Positions 51,291 through 64,000 of a stretch of 64,000 nt of DNA are shown here, one piece after another. The stretch comes from Balanoglossus misakiensis. Its lineage: Eukaryota > Animalia > Hemichordata. The position numbers and the translations under genes were made by a program. Location: assembly GCA_040954595.2 (NCBI GenBank), contig CM082580.2, forward strand, positions 14,024,289 to 14,088,288. Direction: 5' to 3'. How positions within the stretch are numbered: the stretch's first letter is position 1; the number at the start of each line of letters is the position of its first letter. The notes beneath the pieces were generated by a model that saw only the letters and a program-made list of their open reading frames with translations, was not told the origin of the DNA and searched no databases.

Positions 51291-54200
51291 TTTGCGAATT
51301 TTCAAATTTTCCTGAGCTATAACCCATGGTTTTTTTCAAAAATCGACGAAATTTTGAAAATTCGCAAACTCGAAAAATCTTCGATTTTTGACGATTTTCC
51401 TGAGCTATAACCCATGATTTTTTCAAAAAATGAGCAAATTTTGAAAATTCGCAAAGACGAAATATCTTCGATTTTTAACGATTTTCCTGAGCTATAACCC
51501 ATGATTTTTTCAAAAAATGAGCAAATTTTGAAAATTCGCAAAGACGAAAAATCTTCGATTTTTAACGATTTTCCTGAGCTATAACCCATGATTTTTTCAA
51601 AAAATGAGCAAATTTTGAAAATTCGCAAAGTCGAGAAATCTTCGATTTTTGACGATTTTCCTGAGCTATAACCCATGATTTTTTCAAAAAATGACCAAAT
51701 TTTGAAAATTCGCAAAGTCGAGAAATCTTCGATTTTTGACGATTTTCCTGAGCTATAACCCATGATTTTTTCAAAAAATGAGCAAATTTTGAAAATTCGC
51801 AAACTCGAGAAATCTTCGATTTTTGACGATTTTCCTGAGCTATAACCCATGATTTTTTCAAAAAATGAGCAAATTTTGAAAATTCGCAAACTCGAAAAAT
51901 CTTCGATTTTTGACGATTTTCCTGAGCTATAACCCATGATTTTTTCAAAAAATGAGCAAATTTTGAAAATTCGCAAACTCGAAAAATCTTCGATTTTTGA
52001 CGATTTTCCTGAGCTATAACCCATGATTTTTTCAAAAAATGAGCAAATTTTGAAAATTCGCAAACTCGAAAAATCTTCGATTTTTGACGATTTTCCTGAG
52101 CTATAACCCATGATTTTTTCAAAAAATGAGCAAATTTTGAAAATTCGCAAACTCGAAAAATCTTCGATTTTTGACGATTTTCCTGAGCTATAACCCATGA
52201 TTTTTTCAAAAAATGAGCAAATTTTGAAAATTCGCAAAGTCGAAAAATCTTCGATTTTTGACGATTTTCCTGAGCTATAACCCATGATTTTTTCAAAAAA
52301 TGAGCAAATTTTGAAAATTCGCAAAGTCGAAAAATCTTCGATTTTTGACGATTTTCCTGAGCTATAACCCATGATTTTTTCAAAAAATGAGCAAATTTTG
52401 AAAATTCGCAAAGTCGAAAAATCTTCGATTTTTGACGATTTTCCTGAGCTATAACCCATGATTTTTTCAAAAAATGAGCAAATTTTGAAAATTCGCAAAG
52501 TCGAAAAATCTTCGATTTTTGACGATTTTCCTGAGCTATAACCCATGATTTTTTCAAAAAATGAGCAAATTTTGAAAATTCGCAAACTCGAAAAATCTTC
52601 GATTTTTGACGATTTTCCTGAGCTATAACCCATGATTTTTTCAAAAAATGAGCAAATTTTGAAAATTCGCAAACTCGAAAAATCTTCGATTTTTGACGAT
52701 TTTCCTGAGCTATAACCCATGATTTTTTCAAAAAATGAGCAAATTTTGAAAATTCGCAAAGTCGAAAAATCTTCGATTTTTGACGATTTTCCTGAGCTAT
52801 AACCCATGATTTTTTCAAAAAATGAGCAAATTTTGAAAATTCGCAAAGTCGAAAAATCTTCGATTTTTGACGATTTTCCTGAGCTATAACCCATGATTTT
52901 TTCAAAAAATGAGCAAATTTTGAAAATTCGCAAAGTCGAAAAATCTTCGATTTTTGACGATTTTCCTGAGCTATAACCCATGATTTTTTCAAAAAATGAG
53001 CAAATTTTGAAAATTCGCAAAGTCGAAAAATCTTCGATTTTTGACGATTTTCCTGAGCTATAACCCATGATTTTTTCAAAAAATGAGCAAATTTTGAAAA
53101 TTCGCAAACTCGAAAAATCTTCGATTTTTGACGATTTTCCTGAGCTATAACCCATGATTTTTTCAAAAAATGAGCAAATTTTGAAAATTCGCAAACTCGA
53201 AAAATCTTCGATTTTTGACGATTTTCCTGAGCTATAACCCATGATTTTTTCAAAAAATGAGCAAATTTTGAAAATTCGCAAACTCGAAAAATCTTCGATT
53301 TTTGACGATTTTCCTGAGCTATAACCCATGATTTTTTCAAAAAATGAGCAAATTTTGAAAATTCGCAAACTCGAAAAATCTTCGATTTTTGACGATTTTC
53401 CTGAGCTATAACCCATGATTTTTTCAAAAAATGAGCAAATTTTGAAAATTCGCAAAGTCGAAAAATCTTCGATTTTTGACGATTTTCCTGAGCTATAACC
53501 CATGATTTTTTCAAAAAATGAGCAAATTTTGAAAATTCGCAAAGTCGAAAAATCTTCGATTTTTGACGATTTTCCTGAGCTATAACCCATGATTTTTTCA
53601 AAAAATGAGCAAATTTTGAAAATTCGCAAAGTCGAAAAATCTTCGATTTTTGACGATTTTCCTGAGCTATAACCCATGATTTTTTCAAAAAATGAGCAAA
53701 TTTTGAAAATTCGCAAAGTCGAAAAATCTTCGATTTTTGACGATTTTCCTGAGCTATAACCCATGATTTTTTCAAAAAATGAGCAAATTTTGAAAATTCG
53801 CAAAGTCGAAAAATCTTCGATTTTTGACGATTTTCCTGAGCTATAACCCATGATTTTTTCAAAAAATGAGCAAATTTTGAAAATTCGCAAAGTCGAAAAA
53901 TCTTCGATTTTTGACGATTTTCCTGAGCTATAACCCATGATTTTTTCAAAAAATGAGCAAATTTTGAAAATTCGCAAAGTCGAAAAATCTTCGATTTTTG
54001 ACGATTTTCCTGAGCTATAACCCATGATTTTTTCAAAAAATGAGCAAATTTTGAAAATTCGCAAAGTCGAAAAATCTTCGATTTTTGACGATTTTCCTGA
54101 GCTATAACCCATGATTTTTTCAAAAAATGAGCAAATTTTGAAAATTCGCAAAGTCGAAAAATCTTCGATTTTTGACGATTTTCCTGAGCTATAACCCATG

Positions 54201-57200
54201 ATTTTTTCAAAAAATGAGCAAATTTTGAAAATTCGCAAAGTCGAAAAATCTTCGATTTTTGACGATTTTCCTGAGCTATAACCCATGATTTTTTCAAAAA
54301 ATGAGCAAATTTTGAAAATTCGCAAAGTCGAAAAATCTTCGATTTTTGACGATTTTCCTGAGCTATAACCCATGATTTTTTCAAAAAATGAGCAAATTTT
54401 GAAAATTCGCAAAGTCGAAAAATCTTCGATTTTTGACGATTTTCCTGAGCTATAACCCATGATTTTTTCAAAAAATGAGCAAATTTTGAAAATTCGCAAA
54501 CTCGAAAAATCTTCGATTTTTGACGATTTTCCTGAGCTATAACCCATGATTTTTTCAAAAAATGAGCAAATTTTGAAAATTCGCAAAGTCGAGAAATCTT
54601 CGATTTTTGACGATTTTCCTGAGCTATAACCCATGATTTTTTCAAAAAATGAGCAAATTTTGAAAATTCGCAAAGTCGAGAAATCTTCGATTTTTGACGA
54701 TTTTCCTGAGCTATAACCCATGATTTTTTCAAAAAATGAGCAAATTTTGAAAATTCGCAAAGTCGAGAAATCTTCGATTTTTGACGATTTTCCTGAGCTA
54801 TAACCCATGATTTTTTCAAAAAATGAGCAAATTTTGAAAATTCGCAAAGTCGAGAAATCTTCGATTTTTGACGATTTTCCTGAGCTATAACCCATGATTT
54901 TTTCAAAAAATGAGCAAATTTTGAAAATTCGCAAAGTCGAGAAATCTTCGATTTTTGACGATTTTCCTGAGCTATAACCCATGATTTTTTCAAAAAATGA
55001 GCAAATTTTGAAAATTCGCAAACTCGAAAAATCTTCGATTTTTGACGATTTTCCTGAGCTATAACCCATGATTTTTTCAAAAAATGAGCAAATTTTGAAA
55101 ATTCGCAAACTCGAAAAATCTTCGATTTTTGACGATTTTCCTGAGCTATAACCCATGATTTTTTCAAAAAATGAGCAAATTTTGAAAATTCGCAAAGTCG
55201 AAAAATCTTCGATTTTTGACGATTTTCCTGAGCTATAACCCATGATTTTTACAAAAAATGAGCAAATATTGAAAATTCGCAAACTCGTAAAATCTTCGAT
55301 TTTTGACGATTTTCCTGAGCTATAACCCATGATTTTTACAAAAAATGAGCAAATATATAAAATTCGCAAACTCGAAAAATCTTCGATTTTTGACGATTTT
55401 CCTGAGCTATAACCCATGATTTTTACAAAAAATGAGCAAATATATAAAATTCGCAAACTCGAAAAATCTTCGATTTTTGACGATTTTCCTGAGCTATAAC
55501 CCATGATTTTTTCAAAAAATGAGCAAATATTGAAAATTCGCAAACTCGAAAAATCTTCGATTTTTGACGATTTTCCTGAGCTATAACCCATGATTTTTTC
55601 AAAAAATGAGCAAATATTGAAAATTCGCAAACTCGAAAAATCTTCGATTTTTGACGATTTTCCTGAGCTATAACCCATGATTTTTTCAAAAAATGAGCAA
55701 ATATTGAAAATTCGCAAACTCGAAAAATCTTCGATTTTTGACGATTTTCCTGAGCTATAACCCATGATTTTTTCAAAAAATGAGCAAATATTGAAAATTC
55801 GCAAACTCGAAAAATCTTCGATTTTTGACGATTTTCCTGAGCTATAACCCATGATTTTTTCAAAAAATGAGCAAATATTGAAAATTCGCAAACTCGAAAA
55901 ATCTTCGATTTTTGACGATTTTCCTGAGCTATAACCCATGATTTTTTCAAAAAATGAGCAAATTTTGAAAATTCGCAAAGTCGAAAAATCTTCGATTTTT
56001 GACGATTTTCCTGAGCTATAACCCATGATTTTTTCAAAAAATGAGCAAATTTTGAAAATTCGCAAAGTCGAAAAATCTTCGATTTTTGACGATTTTCCTG
56101 AGCTATAACCCATGATTTTTTCAAAAAATGAGCAAATTTTGAAAATTCGCAAACTCGAAAAATCTTCGATTTTTGACGATTTTCCTGAGCTATAACCCAT
56201 GATTTTTTCAAAAAATGAGCAAATTTTGAAAATTCGCAAAGTCGAAAAATCTTCGATTTTTGACGATTTTCCTGAGCTATAACCCATGATTTTTTCAAAA
56301 AATGAGCAAATTTTGAAAATTCGCAAAGTCGAAAAATCTTCGATTTTTGACGATTTTCCTGAGCTATAACCCATGATTTTTTCAAAAAATGAGCAAATTT
56401 TGAAAATTCGCAAAGTCGAAAAATCTTCGATTTTTGACGATTTTCCTGAGCTATAACCCATGATTTTTTCAAAAAATGAGCAAATTTTGAAAATTCGCAA
56501 AGTCGAAAAATCTTCGATTTTTGACGATTTTCCTGAGCTATAACCCATGATTTTTTCAAAAAATGAGCAAATTTTGAAAATTCGCAAAGTCGAAAAATCT
56601 TCGATTTTTGACGATTTTCCTGAGCTATAACCCATGATTTTTTCAAAAAATGAGCAAATTTTGAAAATTCGCAAAGTCGAAAAATCTTCGATTTTTGACG
56701 ATTTTCCTGAGCTATAACCCATGATTTTTTCAAAAAATGAGCAAATTTTGAAAATTCGCAAAGTCGAAAAATCTTCGATTTTTGACGATTTTCCTGAGCT
56801 ATAACCCATGATTTTTTCAAAAAATGAGCAAATTTTGAAAATTCGCAAAGTCGAAAAATCTTCGATTTTTGACGATTTTCCTGAGCTATAACCCATGATT
56901 TTTTCAAAAAATGAGCAAATTTTGAAAATTCGCAAAGTCGAAAAATCTTCGATTTTTGACGATTTTCCTGAGCTATAACCCATGATTTTTTCAAAAAATG
57001 AGCAAATTTTGAAAATTCGCAAACTCGAAAAATCTTCGATTTTTGACGATTTTCCTGAGCTATAACCCATGATTTTTTCAAAAAATGAGCAAATTTTGAA
57101 AATTCGCAAAGTCGAGAAATCTTCGATTTTTGACGATTTTCCTGAGCTATAACCCATGATTTTTTCAAAAAATGAGCAAATTTTGAAAATTCGCAAAGTC

Positions 57201-60200
57201 GAGAAATCTTCGATTTTTGACGATTTTCCTGAGCTATAACCCATGATTTTTTCAAAAAATGAGCAAATTTTGAAAATTCGCAAAGTCGAGAAATCTTCGA
57301 TTTTTGACGATTTTCCTGAGCTATAACCCATGATTTTTTCAAAAAATGAGCAAATTTTGAAAATTCGCAAAGTCGAGAAATCTTCGATTTTTGACGATTT
57401 TCCTGAGCTATAACCCATGATTTTTTCAAAAAATGAGCAAATTTTGAAAATTCGCAAACTCGAAAAATCTTCGATTTTTGACGATTTTCCTGAGCTATAA
57501 CCCATGATTTTTTCAAAAAATGAGCAAATTTTGAAAATTCGCAAACTCGAAAAATCTTCGATTTTTGACGATTTTCCTGAGCTATAACCCATGATTTTTT
57601 CAAAAAATGAGCAAATTTTGAAAATTCGCAAACTCGAAAAATCTTCGATTTTTGACGATTTTCCTGAGCTATAACCCATGATTTTTACAAAAAATGAGCA
57701 AATATTGAAAATTCGCAAACTCGAAAAATCTTCGATTTTTGACGATTTTCCTGAGCTATAACCCATGATTTTTACAAAAAATGAGCAAATATATAAAATT
57801 CGCAAACTCGAAAAATCTTCGATTTTTGACGATTTTCCTGAGCTATAACCCATGATTTTTCAAAAAATGAGCAAATATTGAAAATTCGCAAACTCGAAAA
57901 ATCTTCGATTTTTGACGATTTTCCTGAGCTATAACCCATGATTTTTTCAAAAAATGAGCAAATATTGAAAATTCGCAAACTCGAAAAATCTTCGATTTTT
58001 GACGATTTTCCTGAGCTATAACCCATGATTTTTTCAAAAAATGAGCAAATATTGAAAATTCGCAAACTCGAAAAATCTTCGATTTTTGACGATTTTCCTG
58101 AGCTATAACCCATGATTTTTTCAAAAAATGAGCAAATATTGAAAATTCGCAAACTCGAAAAATCTTCGATTTTTGACGATTTTCCTGAGCTATAACCCAT
58201 GATTTTTTCAAAAAATGAGCAAATATTGAAAATTCGCAAACTCGAAAAATCTTCGATTTTTGACGATTTTCCTGAGCTATAACCCATGATTTTTTCAAAA
58301 ATGAGCAAATTTTGAAAATTCGCAAACTCGAAAAATCTTCGATTTTTGACGATTTTCCTGAGCTATAACCCATGATTTTTTCAAAAAATGAGCAAATTTT
58401 GAAAATTCGCAAAGTCGAAAAATCTTCGATTTTTGACGATTTTCCTGAGCTATAACCCATGATTTTTTCAAAAAATGAGCAAATTTTGAAAATTCGCAAA
58501 GTCGAAAAATCTTCGATTTTTGACGATTTTCCTGAGCTATAACCCATGATTTTTTCAAAAAATGAGCAAATTTTGAAAATTCGCAAAGTCGAAAAATCTT
58601 CGATTTTTGACGATTTTCCTGAGCTATAACCCATGATTTTTTCAAAAAATGAGCAAATTTTGAAAATTCGCAAAGTCGAAAATCTTCGATTTTTGACGAT
58701 TTTCCTGAGCTATAACCCATGATTTTTTCAAAAAATGAGCAAATTTTGAAAATTCGCAAAGTCGAGAAATCTTCGATTTTTGACGATTTTCCTGAGCTAT
58801 AACCCATGATTTTTTCAAAAAATGAGCAAATTTTGAAAATTCGCAAAGTCGAGAAATCTTCGATTTTTGACGATTTTCCTGAGCTATAACCCATGATTTT
58901 TTCAAAAAATGAGCAAATTTTGAAAATTCGCAAAGTCGAGAAATCTTCGATTTTTGACGATTTTCCTGAGCTATAACCCATGATTTTTTCAAAAAATGAG
59001 CAAATTTTGAAAATTCGCAAAGTCGAGAAATCTTCGATTTTTGACGATTTTCCTGAGCTATAACCCATGATTTTTTCAAAAAATGAGCAAATTTTGAAAA
59101 TTCGCAAAGTCGAGAAATCTTCGATTTTTTGACGATTTTCCTGAGCTATAACCCATGATTTTTTCAAAAAATGAGCAAATTTTGAAAATTCGCAAAGTCG
59201 AAAATCTTCGATTTTTGACGATTTTCCTGAGCTATAACCCATGATTTTTACAAAAAATGAGCAAATATTGAAAATTCGCAAACTCGTAAAATCTTCGATT
59301 TTTGACGATTTTCCTGAGCTATAACCCATGATTTTTACAAAAAATGAGCAAATATTGAAAATTCGCAAACTCGAAAAATCTTCGATTTTTGACGATTTTC
59401 CTGAGCTATAACCCATGATTTTTTCAAAAAATGAGCAAATATTGAAAATTCGCAAACTCGAAAATCTTCGATTTTTGACGATTTTCCTGAGCTATAACCC
59501 ATGATTTTTTCAAAAAATGAGCAAATATTGAAAATTCGCAAACTCGAAAAATCTTCGATTTTTGACGATTTTCCTGAGCTATAACCCATGATTTTTTCAA
59601 AAAATGAGCAAATATTGAAAATTCGCAAACTCGAAAAATCTTCGATTTTTGACGATTTTCCTGAGCTATAACCCATGATTTTTTCAAAAATGAGCAAATA
59701 TTGAAAATTCGCAAACTCGAAAAATCTTCGATTTTTGACGATTTTCCTGAGCTATAACCCATGATTTTTTCAAAAAATGAGCAAATTTTGAAAATTCGCA
59801 AACTCGAAAAATCTTCGATTTTTGACGATTTTCCTGAGCTATAACCCATGATTTTTTCAAAAAATGAGCAAATTTTGAAAATTCGCAAACTCGAAAAATC
59901 TTCGATTTTTGACGATTTTCCTGAGCTATAACCCATGATTTTTCAAAAAATGAGCAAATATTGAAAATTCGCAAACTCGAAAAATCTTCGATTTTTGACG
60001 ATTTTCCTGAGCTATAACCCATGATTTTTTCAAAAAATGAGCAAATATTTGAAAATTCGCAAACTCGAAAAATCTTCGATTTTGACGATTTTCCTGAGCT
60101 ATAACCCATGATTTTTTCAAAAAATGAGCAAATTTTGAAAATTCGCAAACTCGAAAAATCTTCGATTTTTGACGATTTTCCTGAGCTATAACCCATGATT

Positions 60201-63200
60201 TTTTCAAAAAATGAGCAAATTTTGAAAATTCGCAAACTCGAAAAATCTTCGATTTTTGACGATTTTCCTGAGCTATAACCCATGATTTTTTCAAAAAATG
60301 AGCAAATTTTGAAAATTCGCAAACTCGAAAAATCTTCGATTTTTGACGATTTTCCTGAGCTATAACCCATGATTTTTTCAAAAAATGAGCAAATTTTGAA
60401 AATTCGCAAACTCGAAAAATCTTCGATTTTTGACGATTTTCCTGAGCTATAACCCATGATTTTTTCAAAAAATGAGCAAATTTTGAAAATTCGCAAAGTC
60501 GAAAAATCTTCGATTTTTGACGATTTTCCTGAGCTATAACCCATGATTTTTTCAAAAAATGAGCAAATTTTGAAAATTCGCAAAGTCGAAAAATCTTCGA
60601 TTTTTGACGATTTTCCTGAGCTATAACCCATGATTTTTTCAAAAAATGAGCAAATATTGAAAATTCGCAAAGTCGAAAAAAATCTTCGATTTTTGACGAT
60701 TTTCCTGAGCTATAACCCATGATTTTTTCAAAAAATGAGCAAATTTTGAAAATTCGCAAAGTCGAAAAATCTTCGATTTTTGACGATTTTCCTGAGCTAT
60801 AACCCATGATTTTTTCAAAAAATGAGCAAATATTGAAAATTCGCAAAGTCGAAAAATCTTTCGATTTTTGACGATTTTCCTGAGCTATAACCCATGATTT
60901 TTTCAAAAAATGAGCAAATTTTGAAAATTCGCAAAGTCGAAAAATCTTCGATTTTTGACGATTTTCCTGAGCTATAACCCATGATTTTTTCAAAAAATGA
61001 GCAAATTTTGAAAATTCGCAAAGTCGAAAAATCTTCGATTTTTGACGATTTTCCTGAGCTATAACCCATGATTTTTTCAAAAAATGAGCAAATTTTGAAA
61101 ATTCGCAAAGTCGAAAAATCTTCGATTTTTGACGATTTTCCTGAGCTATAACCCATGATTTTTTCAAAAAATGAGCAAATTTTGAAAATTCGCAAAGTCG
61201 AAAAATCTTCGATTTTTGACGATTTTCCTGAGCTATAACCCATGATTTTTTCAAAAAATGAGCAAATTTTGAAAATTCGCAAAGTCGAAAAATCTTCGAT
61301 TTTTGACGATTTTCCTGAGCTATAACCCATGATTTTTTCAAAAAATGAGCAAATTTTGAAAATTCGCAAAGTCGAAAAATCTTCGATTTTTGACGATTTT
61401 CCTGAGCTATAACCCATGATTTTTTCAAAAAATGAGCAAATATTGAAAATTCGCAAACTCGAAAAATCTTCGATTTTTGACGATTTTCCTGAGCTATAAC
61501 CCATGATTTTTTCAAAAAATGAGCAAATTTTGAAAATTCGCAAAGTCGAAAAATCTTCGATTTTTGACGATTTTCCTGAGCTATAACCCATGATTTTTTC
61601 AAAAAATGAGCAAATTTTGAAAATTCGCAAAGTCGAAAAATCTTCGATTTTTGACGATTTTCCTGAGCTATAACCCATGATTTTTTCAAAAAATGAGCAA
61701 ATTTTGAAAATTCGCAAAGTCGAAAAATCTTCGATTTTTGACGATTTTCCTGAGCTATAACCCATGATTTTTTCAAAAAATGAGCAAATTTTGAAAATTC
61801 GCAAAGTCGAAAAATCTTCGATTTTTGACGATTTTCCTGAGCTATAACCCATGATTTTTTCAAAAAATGAGCAAATTTTGAAAATTCGCAAAGTCGAAAA
61901 ATCTTCGATTTTTGACGATTTTCCTGAGCTATAACCCATGATTTTTCAAAAAATGAGCAAATTTTGAAAATTCGCAAAGTCGAAAAATCTTCGATTTTTG
62001 ACGATTTTCCTGAGCTATAACCCATGATTTTTTCAAAAAATGAGCAAATTTTGAAAATTCGCAAAGTCGAAAAATCTTCGATTTTTGACGATTTTCCTGA
62101 GCTATAACCCATGATTTTTTCAAAAAATGAGCAAATTTTGAAAATTCGCAAAGTCGAAAAATCTTCGATTTTTGACGATTTTCCTGAGCTATAACCCATG
62201 ATTTTTTCAAAAAATGAGCAAATTTTGAAAATTCGCAAAGTCGAAAAATCTTCGATTTTTGACGATTTTCCTGAGCTATAACCCCTGATTTTTTCAAAAA
62301 ATGAGCAAATTTTGAAAATTCGCAAAGTCGAAAAATCTTCGATTTTTGACGATTTTCCTGAGCTATAACCCATGATTTTTTCAAAAAATGAGCAAATTTT
62401 GAAAATTCGCAAAGTCGAAAAATCTTCGATTTTTGACGATTTTCCTGAGCTATAACCCATGATTTTTCAAAAAATGAGCAAATTTTGAAAATTCGCAAAG
62501 TCGAAAAATCTTCGATTTTTGACGATTTTCCTGAGCTATAACCCATGATTTTTTCAAAAAATGAGCAAATTTTGAAAATTCGCAAAGTCGAAAAATCTTC
62601 GATTTTTGACGATTTTCCTGAGCTATAACCCATGATTTTTTCAAAAAATGAGCAAATATTGAAAATTCGCAAAGTCGAAAAATCTTCGATTTTTGACGAT
62701 TTTCCTGAGCTATAACCCATGATTTTTTCAAAAAATGAGCAAATTTTGAAAATTCGCAAAGTCGAAAAATCTTCGATTTTTGACGATTTTCCTGAGCTAT
62801 AACCCATGATTTTTTCAAAAAATGAGCAAATTTTGAAAATTCGCAAAGTCGAAAAATCTTCGATTTTTGACGATTTTCCTGAGCTATAACCCATGATTTT
62901 TTCAAAAAATGAGCAAATTTTGAAAATTCGCAAAGTCGAAAAATCTTCGATTTTTGACGATTTTCCTGAGCTATAACCCATGATTTTTTCAAAAAATGAG
63001 CAAATTTTGAAAATTCGCAAAGTCGAAAAATCTTCGATTTTTGACGATTTTCCTGAGCTATAACCCATGATTTTTACAAAAAATGAGCAAATTTTGAAAA
63101 TTCGCAAACTCGAAAAATCTTCGATTTTTGACGATTTTCCTGAGCTATAACCCATGATTTTTTCAAAAAATGAGCAAATTTTGAAAATTCGCAAAGTCGA

Positions 63201-64000
63201 AAAATCTTCGATTTTGACGATTTTCCTGAGCTATAACCCATGATTTTTTCAAAAAATGAGCAAATTTTGAAAATTCGCAAAGTCGAAAAATCTTCGATTT
63301 TTGACGATTTTCCTGAGCTATAACCCATGATTTTTTCAAAAAATGAGCAAATTTTGAAAATTCGCAAAGTCGAAAAATCTTCGATTTTTGACGATTTTCC
63401 TGAGCTATAACCCATGATTTTTTCAAAAAATGAGCAAATTTTGAAAATTCCAAACGTGAAAATTTGAAATTCGCAAAGTCGAAAAATCTTCGATTTTTGA
63501 CGATTTTCCTGAGCTATAACCCATGATTTTTTCAAAAAATGAGCAAATTTTGAAAATTCGCAAAGTCGAAAAATCTTCGATTTGACGATTTTCCTGAGCT
63601 ATAACCCATGATTTTTTCAAAAAATGAGCAAATTTTGAAAATTCGCAAAGTCGAAAAATCTTCGATTTTTGACGATTTTCCTGAGCTATAACCCATGATT
63701 TTTTCAAAAAATGAGCAAATTTGAAAATTCGCAAAGTCGAAAAATCTTCGATTTTTGACGATTTTCCTGAGCTATAACCCATGATTTTTACAAAAAATGA
63801 GCAAATATTTGAAAATTCGCAAACTCGAAAAATCTTCGATTTGACGATTTTCCTGAGCTATAACCCATGATTTTTCAAAAAATGAGCAAATTTGAAATTC
63901 GCAAAGTCGAAAAATCTTCGATTTTTGACGATTTTCCTGAGCTATAAACCCATGATTTTTTCAAAAAATGAGCAAATTTTGAAATTCGCAAAGTTCGACA
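51291..64000. repeat. 87-bp tandem satellite array, about 146 monomers, running off the window end
   Basis: Monomer TTTTCCTGAGCTATAACCCATGATTTTTTCAAAAAATGAGCAAATTTTGAAAATTCGCAAA(G/C)TCGAAAAATCTTCGATTTTTGACGA repeated head-to-tail; the 29-aa periodicity in the ORF track confirms 87 bp; only a few variant positions. Confidence 0.99.

Noticed and set aside
51217-63782. Giant ORFs (2178, 1201, 844, 726 aa etc.) as protein-coding genes
   Set aside because: They are translations of the 87-bp satellite: near-identical at DNA level, open in two frames at once, with no unique N- or C-terminal domain, and frames swap at homopolymer indels.
51307-64000. CRISPR array
   Set aside because: No unique spacers (monomers are contiguous and near-identical), no cas genes, eukaryotic context.
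51307-64000. CENP-B box in the monomer
   Set aside because: TTCG is present but the required TTCG-N4-A-N2-CGGG pattern is not found on either strand.

Overview
Eukaryotic (animal, probably marine invertebrate) AT-rich genomic DNA with spliceosomal GT-AG introns; no prokaryotic features, rRNA/tRNA or CRISPR arrays seen. (1) + strand, 11.6-26.3 kb: a 12-exon class B1 (secretin-family) GPCR, most like pigment-dispersing factor (PDF) receptors. I rebuilt it by hand with consistent splice phases (about 451 aa, ending in STEV*). Its hormone-binding ectodomain is degenerate, and either it has no signal peptide or it carries a 4-bp frameshift. (2) - strand, 36371-38041: an intronless-CDS class A GPCR (556 aa) with opsin-like loops but Cys at the retinal-binding Lys position and several broken activation motifs. 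It lies tail-to-tail with the first gene. (3) 51.3-64 kb: a very homogeneous 87-bp satellite array (about 146 monomers) with dyad symmetry, emerging higher-order structure and an inverted junction. It is preceded by about 2 kb of older, layered duplications. The giant ORFs in the track are artefacts of this satellite. The rest is intronic or intergenic DNA with microsatellites, a MITE-like element and tiny palindromic transposon footprints. All family calls come from motif recognition, not database searches.
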